Source of the DNA: Octopus sinensis
Lineage: Eukaryota
Assembly (NCBI RefSeq): GCF_006345805.1
Contig: NC_043000.1
Span: 95,418,001 to 95,482,000 of the forward strand
Length of the DNA stretch: 64,000 nucleotides
Direction of reading: 5' to 3'
The translations under genes were made by a program, and so were the position numbers. Below the pieces are notes generated by a model. That model did no database searches, was not told the origin of the DNA, and was given only the letters and a program-made list of their open reading frames with translations. This document shows, in pieces, positions 51,950-64,000 of the stretch. The number at the start of each line of letters is the position of its first letter. Position 1 is the first letter of the stretch.

Positions 51950-54050
51950 GTGAAAAATATGTCCCAGTGCGCAGGCCAACATACACCAAAACAGGATCCT
52001 TACGGAAAGGAAGATTCTTATGAGACGACGGACAAAGATCGCGAACCGCCTGAGCAAGCACCACAAAAGGGGTGAGAAGTCCCGCTTGGAGAGAGCGCTA
52101 TTGGAGATTGAGAAAAGTTTGCATCAATCTCACGAAAAGGAGAGAGCAGATAAGGAAGCTTGGGTCAAAGTCGAACCCTAAAGCATTCTTTAACTTTGCT
52201 AAAGAAACAACCTCAGCATGCCACAAGATAGGACCCCCTCTTCCAAAATGATGGCTACCTCACAGGAAACCCAATGAGGATAAGTGACATACTGAACGAA
52301 CAGTTCCAAAGTGTGTTCACTACACCTCTGGGACACAGACAAGTAAACAAACCATCAGAATTCTTTGCCACTTTACATGTAGCCAAAGAATCGAAAATTG
52401 ATTATATCAACATTGAAGAAGATGTAATACTAGCCATAGATGAGGTTGACGCTAACTCAGCTATTGGCCCTGATGGATTCCAAGCGGTCCTTCTCAAATC
52501 GTGCAAAAGGAGCCCTTGCGAAACCATTACCGCTTCTTTTTCAGAGCTTTCTTGCACGTGGTAAGCTCCCAGACAAATTGAAGAAAAGGATAATATACCT
52601 TATCTATAAGGGTGAAAGCAGAGCAGATGCTAAAAATTATAGGCCTGTCTCTCTGACCTCACACATCAGCAAAGTCATCGAACGAATAGTCCGCAAGAAC
52701 TTAATCGCGTTCCTTGAAGAAAATTACTTGCTGACTGACACCCAGCATGGATTTCGACCAGGGAGAAGCTACCTAACACAGTTCTTGCAACAGTACGACT
52801 GGGTGTTAAAACAGCTGTTAAATGACTCAAGTGTGGATATAATATACCACGACTTTGCAAAATCCTTTGATAAAGTTGACCATAGTATGATATGTCACAA
52901 ACTGCGTGATCTCAGAATAGCCAGAAAACTTGTAGAGTGGCTACACGACTTTCTAAAAGATAGACGTCAGGCAGTGGTAATCAATGGAGCCACCTCCAAG
53001 GAAGCACAAATAACAAGTGGTGTTCCACGAGGTACTGTCTTAGGGCCACTGCTATTCATAGTGCACTCAGACATGCACTCAACTGCTAGCTATGCAGATG
53101 ATACAAAAGTCTCTCAGTCAAAACAAAATTCAGGAAATATTGCATATCTGCAACGGAAGTTGGACGCAATATACAGGTGGGCTGAGGATAACAACATGCA
53201 GTTTAATGCAGGAAAATTCCAAGCCCTGCGCTACCAGTACACAAAGCTGAACATTATGCAGATAGGATACACTGGTCCGGGAAGAATTGCAATCCCTGAA
53301 TCAAAATCAGAGCATTGACATGAGCAATGATGCATCTTTCCAAGTGCATATTACCAATTTGGTAATAAAATGCAGACGGCTAGCTGGATGGATCCTCCTA
53401 TGAACTTTCAAACCAAGAGAAAATGAAACAATGATGGCTCTTCGGAGGGCATACGTCTTCATTCGCTTGGACTACTGCTCCCAACTATGGTCGTCACACA
53501 ATTTAAAATTAACGGCGAAACTCGAAGCAATCCAACGAAGCTACACAAAGAAAAATCGTCTCAATGCAACGCATCAGCTACTGGGTAAGACTGAAAGAAT
53601 TAAAACTCTCTCCCTAGAACAAAGGCGAGAAAGAAATGCAGTGATATACATCTGGAAAATCCTGGAAGGCCTTGTACCAAACTTTAGCATTGAAAGTTAC
53701 AAGCAGCAATACGGGGTTCCACTGCATAGTGCCAAAGATCCTTGCATCTACCAGATACATGACCAAATACTGCAACAGCTTGTGTTTCAAGGGACCACAG
53801 CTCTTCAATATCCTTTCAAAATGCCTGAGGGACCTGCATGGTGTATACGTAGGAGTCTTCAAAGCAAAACTGGATCTCCTCCTGTCAAGAGTTCCGAATG
53901 AGCCTACCTCAAGGCAGGAAACACGGATGTGGGCAGCGGCATCAAACTCCTTCATTCACCAAATGCTACATAGAGGAGGTTTCAGATACTGGTGTAGCAC
54001 AGTCAACGGTGGTGCCCCAGCATGTCCGCAGCTTTAAAACTGAAACAATT
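51950..54050 (+). mobile_element. 5'-truncated CR1-like LINE, RT pseudogene with 3' UTR
   Basis: NYRPVSLTSHISKVIE, QHGFRPGRS, DFAKSFDKVDH, SGVPRGTVLGPLLF, YADDTK and FKAKLD..L...P.EP motifs; frameshifts present. Confidence 0.95.
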
Positions 54051-54084
54051 TTAAGATTATACTCTGTGCAGTATTTGATTATAT

Positions 54085-54291
54085 TCTTTTATTCTTTTAT
54101 TTGTTTCAGTCATTTGACTGCGACCATGCTGGAGCACTGCCTTTAGTCGAATAAATCGACCCCAGAACATATTCTTTGTAAGCCTAGTACTTATTCTATC
54201 GGTCTCTCTTGTCGAGCCGCTAAGTGACGGGGACGTAAACACATCAGCATCGGTTGTCGAGCGATGTTGGGGGGACAAACACAGGCACACA

Positions 54292-54338
<47 letters not shown>

Positions 54339-54490
54339 CGACGGGCTTCTTTCAGTTTCCGTCTACCAAATCCACTCACAAGGCTTTGGTCGACCCGGGG
54401 CTATAGTAGGAGACACTTTCCCAAGATGCCACGCAGTGGGACTGAATCCGGAACCATGTGGTTGGTAAGCAAGCCACTTACCACACATCC
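54085..54490 (-). mobile_element. Family A SINE, tail-to-tail with the CR1-like LINE
   Basis: Full-length copy. Confidence 0.9.
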
Positions 54491-54614
54491 ACGTGTGTGT
54501 TTGTAAATGAGAGGTTAGTGTGTCTGTGTGGGTTTTTGTTTTGTTGTTTTATTGTTCTTTCTTTGTTCTTTTCTGTTTGTTTTCAAATATAAACGAGACT
54601 ACGGCAGATTACTG

Positions 54615-54870
54615 GATATTAATAGTTATCGCCAAGCTAATATAGCAGTACAGAAATATAGGACGAATGCTGAAATACCCTGAAACTAGTCTGCAGATGC
54701 CTGACTAGCAAGGGGAAGCGGCTGCCTTCCCCTGTTCGAAGGTTATAATGGACACAGGTTCGTGTGTTACATAGCTAGCTAGAGGCGATGGCCTCTTGGA
54801 ACTAATCAACGTCAGCATTCGTTCTATATTTCTGGACTGCCATATTAGCTTGGCGGTAACTATTAATATC
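54615..54870. repeat. 256-bp element with 59-bp inverted termini and three internal hairpins
   Basis: 54615-54673 and 54812-54870 are reverse complements with 4 mismatches. Confidence 0.8.
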
Positions 54871-55730
54871 TTTTTTGTTTTGTTTTCATTATATTTGAAG
54901 ATGCCTAGTTACTACGAAACCACTTTCATATCTGATTGTTTCTCAAAACTACGGAGTAAACGGATTTGCTATCTGATTTCCAGCGCTTTTTTGTTTGACG
55001 GTAAGTTGCATTGAGGTGACTGCAGAAAAAAAAATACTTTCTCTAGTAACATTCGTTATTGTTTATGAATTTTTGTTCGAGCTTAGGTTATCAAGAACTT
55101 ATCAGTTACATAACATATCAGTTAATTTAAAGCCTTTACTTTTTTTTTTCAGTTAAACGATTGCGATAACTCCAACAGCGACAATAAATATGGTAACAGA
55201 GAATGTTTCGAGTAATATATGAAGAATCTAGAAAACCGTTTGAGTATCTAAAAAAACCAAATATTTAACATTGATAGTTGTATGTCAAAATTTTATCTCA
55301 TATATTTCTTTCTTTTTGCATACCAAATCTAGTGGTATATATATACATACATGCATACATATATATATGTGTGTGTGTGTATACATATATATATATATAT
55401 ATGTATACATATATATATGCATATTCATATCATATATATATGTATGTATATTCATGTATGTTTTTATTGTATGTAGGTGTATATATATATATACATGTAT
55501 ATACATATATATATTATATATATATGCGTGCGTGTGTATATATATATATATAATATATATAGATATATACATATATACATATATACATATATATATAGTT
55601 AAATATACTTAAATATATATATATATATATATATATATACTTAGATGTATATATATACACATATATACTTATATATATATACATATAATATATAACATAT
55701 ATATATATATACTTATATATATATAAATAA

Positions 55731-55799
<69 letters not shown>

Positions 55800-56213
55800 A
55801 TTTATATATATATATACATATTAGTATATATTATACATTGATATAAGATCCTGCATCTTAAAATATTAAAGAAGAGCAAAATTTTGATGTACCACTATCA
55901 ATATTAAATATTTTGTTTTTCTGGATAATGAAATGTGTGTGTGTATGTGTGCACGAGCGTATAAATGTATGTATATATACGCATGCATGCGTAAGTGTTT
56001 GTGTGAGTATACGCGAGAATATGTTTATGTGCATTTGTGGTCTTCAGTTTGTTTTCCAATTTGCTGGTAATATATTACAAGACATAGCGAGTGCGAACAA
56101 GTCTCTTTTTTTTTTTTTGCATATTTCAATCACAGATGTCGTTTCCTCATCAACTCGAATTGCGCGCGACGTGTAGATACGTGTAAATATTAAGATAAGT
56201 GGTTTAAAGATAT

Positions 56214-56244
<31 letters not shown>

Positions 56245-56355
56245 TGCATGTATGTCTATTTAAATATACTGGTTTATGTGTGTATACATATGCATTTGTG
56301 TGTGTATGACAGTGTGTCTGCGTGGGGGATGTAAATATGTACATATATACATATA

Positions 56356-56417
<62 letters not shown>

Positions 56418-57799
56418 TGCGTGTGTATAAATATACTAAAAAAGTGTGCGTATATACGTATGTATGTGTGTGTAAATCTGTGTGTGGGTGGGTGTGTGGG
56501 GGTGTTTGTGTATTTATTCAGTTTTACTTCAAGATTTCTCGGCAATAGAGATAGAGCCGGTTTCTAATCTAGATTCATAGCTCCTTCATTAGAATTTCAA
56601 CATCATCAGAGTATTTCTGTCTGTTTCTGTGTATGTGTGCAGTATTTGAAGCAAGGGCATGTGCAAATTTTTATGTTTTGTTTTATGTGTGTATTCTCAT
56701 ATACATATCTAGAGATGTGCATATATACTTAAATACTAAACTTCTAATAAGTTTTACATACTTTAACAGTTCCATTGACAACTTGAATCTGTTATCTTCT
56801 AATTACGTACGCATTTATGTATATATTTATGCATGCATGCATGTATGTATGTATGTACGTATGTATGTATGTATTTATGTATGTATGTATGTATGTATGT
56901 ATGTATTATGTATCTATGTATGTATGTATGTATGTATGTATGTATGTATTTATGTATGCATGTATGTATGTATGTATGTATGTATGTATGTATGTATGCA
57001 TGTATGTATTACGGCGCTCTGAAAATGTACTTGATGATGAACATGAAGTCACTCGGGAGTGAAGTCCTTAAAAGAAATCTTCCAGAGTGACTCTTTCACT
57101 TCCTTGTTATTTGTTATCGTGGTAATACCTATCTCAATGACTATAAGAAAAGTTGACGTGGCTTACATACTACGGAAAATGCATGACCTCTAAACCACCT
57201 ATTTAGATATATTTATAATTTTTTTTGTATCAATTTTTCCTATACCATCATTAAGATGCACGAACTGAACTTTATTCATCGCCGTTTTCCATAATAACTT
57301 CATATTGTGCCCAACTCATTGATGTGATTAATCATTTAATATTTTACGCACAAAAAGTCAAGACACTTCAGCTAGGTTTTTGCTTGTGTCTGATTTAAAC
57401 AGCGATAGCTATCAAGTTATTTCTGTGAGCAGATCGGTAAGCAGTAATCAAGCTCTGAAAAGTGGTCAATCAGCTTTGAAATAAATCAGAATATTCCCTT
57501 ATTTTTTCCTGCATGCGAAGAGAACTCCATGATGTATTTAAATTTGTTTACCTTCGACATTCAAGGTTTACAAACTATAGGTAAAATTGAGTATATTTAT
57601 CTTAGATAATCTAATACACACTTTTTGTGCATGAAATATTCATTAATTACATAATCACGCCACTAATATGCCATATTTAGATTAGCTTAACCATTTCAGC
57701 TAGAACTTGGTTTGGTTTTAATTTGAATAGAGATTGCTATCCACACCCGAAAGGTTGGACCAGGTTTCTGCTTTTTAGATGTTTGTTGGTGCAAGACCC

Positions 57800-58430
57800 T
57801 TGTTTTATGTTGAAACTTAAACCTCTGCTCTCATATATGTCAAGGAAATTTTGGTTATCATCAGCAAATTGTCTGCTGAAGTCGCAATAACTGGATAATT
57901 TACACGAAGTCCAATTACCGATGTAGTTGTCGTCTTACTTCTGCTATGTTTGAGGGTCTACCAGATTTAAAGCAACGCGCCACGTGTGGTATGAGGTTTT
58001 GCAGATGGGAGTATGTTCATACTGAACTTGATTGTTCATCCCTGCTTTACACCAGTTCTCACTTCAAAATTACCTCTTACGGAAAACTAGCACTGCACTT
58101 CAGTGTTCATGTTGTCATGCAGACACCGCGTAGTTGCTTGAAGTTTTTGTGGTCAGCCAAGTTTGTCTAGCACTTCTCACAGAGCCTTACAATTTATTTG
58201 AATCAAATGTATTGATGAATGCAACGGAAGACGTTATTGTCAGCATTTCTCCTGCACCTAGAGAGAACATAACCTAACAAAAGTTCTTCTTGTGGATCAA
58301 AAACCAGACTGAGATTCGGAGAGGTGAGTCCCCGACTGTAACATGAGTTGTTTGAGCAGCTCCAACAAATGTGATATTCGTCTATAGACAAATGTGATAT
58401 TCGCCTGTAGTTGCCACAATCCAATAGTAA
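57800..58430 (-). mobile_element. Old RTE-type RT remnant
   Basis: DCGNYR, ESQSGF, FEVRTGVKQG and QFADD motifs in manual translation. Confidence 0.75.
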
Positions 58431-58449
58431 TAATTCTTACTAATTCTTG

Positions 58450-58660
58450 GCAAAAGGCCTGAGATTTTGAGGGGAGAGGTAAATCTATTACAACGACCCA
58501 GTGCTCAACTGGTACTTATTTTATTGATTCCAAAAACAATGAAAAGGAAATCGACCTCAGTGGCATTTGAACTCAGAACATAAAGCCAGAAGAAATATTG
58601 TTAAGTAATTTGTCCGGCATGCAAACGATTCTGACAGCACACTGTCCTATGAAGATAGTA
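58450..58660 (-). mobile_element. Family B unit
   Basis: Shared family B motifs. Confidence 0.7.
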
Positions 58661-59443
58661 ACAATGGTTTCATCTCTGAGGTCACAGATATCTCTTCTCA
58701 GATCCAGATTAGCAAAAACAGTGTCTGAAACTTTGTAATATTTTATTCTCAAGCTTATATACCACAACCAGGATTCTGTCAGAACCCTGTGACTTCTTTA
58801 TATGGAACAATTTGCTTGCTTTGCTTTTCTGCAACGTCAGGTGATATAGCTAAGTTCATCATTTATGTTTTGTACGATACTGTCCAGGATCAAGTAATGT
58901 TTCGAAATGATTTTTCCATTGGTTATTGTCAGATGTTTTACCTCTTCAAGCTCTGTATTCTCTTTCATATATCAGATTTGCTAAACTAGTTGTACTAGAA
59001 CCAAAGATTGCTTTGCTTGCACGATGGAACTAACCAGTCTCTGGATTTCAAATTACGTATTCTGTTACTAAATGCAGTATAATGAATATAGTTTGTTTTT
59101 CGACTGCACTCCCTTCTTATTGTCCAACTTTCCTTTTGCACTCATTGTTATTGTCATTTCCATTGACATCACAAGTCCCTGTACGTTATAACCTTAGCAG
59201 ATCGGCAAAATAAACCGATACTGAGCTGGATTTGTTCAACTAAAATGTCTTAATATCTTAACAGTTTGATAAACCGATCACATGGAGGAATGGTGTCTGT
59301 CTCCATTGCGATCGACTTAAACAATTCTTAAGATATTAATCTATTTTTCCTGAACATGAAACCAACGGTAGCTTTAATGCGCAAGCAAAGAAATTTCATC
59401 CATCAATGCCGTGTTGAGCACCCATTCTCGTCGTTCGACATTT

Positions 59444-59517
<74 letters not shown>

Positions 59518-59733
59518 GTGTTTGCGATCGATTAAAGGAAACATTTATGAACACCCTAAAGGAGAATAAGTTTTACTGAAAGTCATATCACCTGGCGAAG
59601 TGGAAATGTCAAAACTGAACAAGATTTTCGCACACATACACACAAAAACCCATACACTCATACACATACACTCATACATGTGACATATATATATGTATGT
59701 ATATATATACATATATAATATATATATATAATA

Positions 59734-59799
<66 letters not shown>

Positions 59800-59899
59800 C
59801 ATACATATATATATATGATACATATATATATATATACGCATATGTATGCCATGCATTTTATAAATATATATAAATTATATATATATTTATATAATTTAT

Positions 59900-60054
59900 A
59901 TAAATATAAATTTATATAAATTTATATAAGTATATATATAAATATTATATATATATATATATATACGTGTATGTGTGTATGTATGTATATACATATATAC
60001 ATGATGTATGTATTTGTGTATATATACATACACACACACACGCACACACACACC

Positions 60055-60143
<89 letters not shown>

Positions 60144-60398
60144 GTGTGTGCAAGTGTGTATGTACACAAATAGTAAATCTTTGGTTCTAGTACATCACAA
60201 GTCCCAGTACGTTATAAGCTTAGCAGATCGGCAAAAAAATAAACCGATATAAGTACCAAGGTTACAAAAATAAGTACTGAGCTGGATTGTTGAACTAAAG
60301 TCAGAAAGGCGGAATCCCAGCACAACCGCAATCCAATAGAGGAAATTATATATAGAGATATGTATATGTATATTTATACACATACATATGTGCATATA

Positions 60399-60448
<50 letters not shown>

Positions 60449-60682
60449 GTGTGTGTGTGTGTGCACAAATGTATATATGCGCACGTGCACGTCTTTTATT
60501 CATATGTATGTATATGTGTGTTTGTGTGTATGTATCTAAAAAATGTTCAATTTTCATGTTTCCACTTTGTCAGGTGATACTGCTTTCAATAAAACTTATT
60601 CAACTCGAAGGTGTTGATTAATTTTTCCTTTAATTGATCTCTTGTTTGAGTGCATGGTGTATACAATTCATTTTTCCTTTTG

Positions 60683-60715
<33 letters not shown>

Positions 60716-60719
60716 TAAG

Positions 60720-60751
<32 letters not shown>

Positions 60752-60894
60752 ATATATATGTATATATATATATATACATTAAGACATATATATGTATATA
60801 TATATATACATTAAGACATATATATGTATATATATATACATATACATATATATACATATAAAAACATATATATATACATATATATGTATGTACG

Positions 60895-60935
<41 letters not shown>

Positions 60936-61134
60936 GTGAATTCTCTAGAGAACATTCGTCTTCTAGCATTAGGATGTGCACGTAGTGGTTATCCCGGTTA
61001 TACGCATGTATAACAATTTTTTCTGAATTTTCAGATTTTTCTATATGCTAGGCTACTGGTTTTAAATTGATATTAATGAAATTGATATTCAATTTATCAC
61101 CCTTACTATTTAAATTACTTTGTACATATATATA

Positions 61135-61194
<60 letters not shown>

Positions 61195-61283
61195 CGTGTA
61201 TGTGTGTATGTATGTATATACATATATACATGATGTATGTATTTGTGTATATATACATACACACACACACGCACACACAACAC

Positions 61284-61341
<58 letters not shown>

Positions 61342-61660
61342 TATATATATATCTATATATATATATATATATACATATGTGTGGCAAGTGTGTATGTACA
61401 CAATAGTAAATCTTTGGTTCTAGTACATCACAAGTCCAGTACGTTATAAGCTTAGCAGATCGGCAAAAAAATAAACCGATAAGTACCAAGGTTACAAAAA
61501 TAAGTACTGAGCTGGATTTGTTGAACTAAAGTCAGAAAGGCGGAATCCCAGCACAACCGCAATCCATAGAGGAAATTATATTATAGAGATATGTATATGT
61601 ATATTTATACACATACATATGTGCATATATATATGTATATATATATATATATATTATATA

Positions 61661-61693
<33 letters not shown>

Positions 61694-62134
61694 CCACAAA
61701 TGTATATATGCGCACGTGCACGTCTATTTTATCATATGTATGTATATGTGTGTTTGTGTGTATGTATCTAAAAAATGTTCAATTTTCATGTTCCACTTTG
61801 TCAGGTGATACTGCTTTCAATAAACTTATTCAACTCGAAGGTGTTGATTAATTTTTCCTTTAATTGATCTCTTGTTTGAGTGCATGGTGTATACAATTCA
61901 TTTTTCCTTTTGCACACACACACACACACACTATATATATATTAAGACATATATATATATATATATTATATATATATATATATATATTTACATATATATG
62001 TATATATATATATATACATTAAGACATATATATGTAATATATATATACATTAAGACATATATATGTATATATAATACATATACAATATATACATATAAAA
62101 AACATATATATATACATATATGTATGTACGTATG

Positions 62135-62166
<32 letters not shown>

Positions 62167-62380
62167 CATGTGAATTTCTCTAGAGAACATTCGTCTTCTA
62201 GCATATAGGATGTGCACGTAGTGGTTACCCGGTTATACGCATGTATAACAATTTTTCTGAATTTTCAGATTTTTCTATATGCTAGGCTACTGGTTTTAAA
62301 TTGATATTAATGAAATTGATATTCAAATTTCACCCTTACTATTTAAATTATGTACATATATATATATATATATCTATATT
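59900..62380. repeat. Tandem duplication, unit about 1229 bp
   Basis: Homologous ORFs at 59967 and 61196; the copies differ mainly by 1-nt indels. Confidence 0.88.
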
Positions 62381-62412
62381 TATATATATATATAAAAATA
62401 TAATATAATATA

Positions 62413-62443
<31 letters not shown>

Positions 62444-62444
62444 G

Positions 62445-64000
62445 CCATATCGATAGCCATATCAGAGATGACTTAGATATGTTAAACCACCTTCCAAAAA
62501 AAACAAGGAAGAAACAATCCTGGTTTCATTCGATGTAGTCAACTTGTATACCAGTATACCTCATAATTATGGACTGGAGGCAATACAGTTCTGGTTAGAC
62601 AATTTCCGGAAGAAATACCAAAAAGGATCAGTAAGGAATTCATTACTAAATCAATTGAATTCATCCTACACAATAACCACTTCATGTTTGACAATACATT
62701 TTACCGTCAAAAATCCGGAATTGCTATGGTACAAGGGCAGCGCAGTCATTGCGAAACTTAACAATGGGGTACATGGAAATAATCATTTACCAGGAATCTC
62801 TATCAATCTTTGGAAACTCCTCTCTCAATACATAAAAGAGAATTGGAAACGATTCCTAGACGATTGTTTCATTCTCTGGAATGAAAACATAGATAAACTC
62901 CTAAAATTTAAAAACCTATTGAACAGCATAAACCCAAATATACAGTTCACGATGGAATACAACCAAAAGGAGCTCCCGTTCTTGGATATACTAATTAAAA
63001 AAATTAACCTTAAAATAGAAACAGACATTTTTTACAAAGCCACAGACGCCAAACAATACCTTCTTTTTAATTCATGCCACCCAAGACACACTAAAACAAA
63101 CATCCCCTTCAACCTTGCAAGAAGGATATGCACAATAGTGACAGAACAAAATACCAGGAACTTTAGACTGCAAGAACTCAAAAACACCCTAATTGACAGA
63201 CATTACCCAGCTCAACTCATAGAGGATGGGATCAGACGTGCAACAGAAATCAACATAGAAACTTTAAGAAAAGTTCAACCACAACAACACACCTTCCCCG
63301 AAAATACTACCTTACATATCTACATACAACCCCAGAAACAAAGAAGCCTTCACCATCATCACCCAGAATTTACCAATACTTCATAAAAACCAAGATAAAG
63401 GAAATTCTAAACATACACCAAATCATTAAAAGCTACAAACAGCCTAAATCACTTAAAAAGATTCTCACAAAGGCAAAATTGTCTTCTAAAATACGGATGC
63501 AAAAGTAAAAAAATGTGGTAGATCGAACTGTGCAACATGCCCTAACCTGCTAGAAGGATCAGAATTCCTCTTTAAAGAGGGACAAAAATTCAAGATCAAA
63601 TCTAACTTTACTTGTGCCTCTGAAAACATAATTATGTCATTAAATGCTCGGGCTGCCACCAAGACTACGTGGGTTCCACGGGACTATCACTCAGGCGTAG
63701 ATGCACACTGCATCGACAACAGATTGCATTCCCAGAATATAGAATGATACCTTTTAGTGAGCACATTGAGAAATGCGCAAAGCAACTACTGCCACAATTT
63801 TTAATCTTCCCATTTTACCAATGTGCTTTCGGATCATCAACACAAATGAGACTGAACAAGGAAACATTCTTCATTGAAAAGTACAAACCCAGACTCAACC
63901 ATCCGAACATACTGACACAGAGAAAATAACAAGGGAAAGGAAAGAAAAATTTTTAAGCGATTATCTCCCTTACACCGGAAGAAATCACTCACTACCTCCC
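62445..64000 (+). mobile_element. 5'-truncated Penelope-like element: RT, Cys knuckle and GIY-YIG endonuclease
   Basis: SFDVVNLYTSIP, GIAMG, RFLDD, LPFLDI, NSCHP, CGRSNCATC and YVIKCSGC..DYVGSTG motifs; several frameshifts; runs off the window end. Confidence 0.95.

Noticed and set aside
56551-56615. Minus-strand CTGATGA...GAAACCGGC
   Set aside because: U16.1 mutated and stems I and II do not pair convincingly.
59585-60590. TCAC-CTGRCRA-AGTG-GAAA motif in inverted copies
   Set aside because: Only 4 nt between core halves and no stem I; not a valid hammerhead.

Overview
AT-rich, microsatellite-saturated animal DNA. The SINE families present point to an octopus/cephalopod genome (inference from repeat recognition). 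I recognise no host protein-coding exon, rRNA, functional tRNA or CRISPR array; most long ORFs in the track are translated (TA)n/(TG)n/(CA)n repeats. The window is built from decayed mobile elements: two Penelope-like elements (PLE; RT plus GIY-YIG), a 5'-to-3' RTE LINE, CR1-like LINEs, an RLE-type LINE fragment, two mariner remnants, a Helentron-like element and many tRNA-derived SINEs. The main unexplained signal is RNA structure. About ten unrelated short sequence families, mostly sitting between (TA)n arrays, each fold by eye into a minimal type I hammerhead ribozyme. They often occur as inverted pairs, including a perfect 465-bp palindrome, and they include a G3-C8 core-swapped variant, an A6U variant and a tRNA-headed SINE-like version. 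An HDV-like fold sits at the exact 5' end of the RTE LINE. All folds were derived by hand and none has been tested computationally or biochemically.
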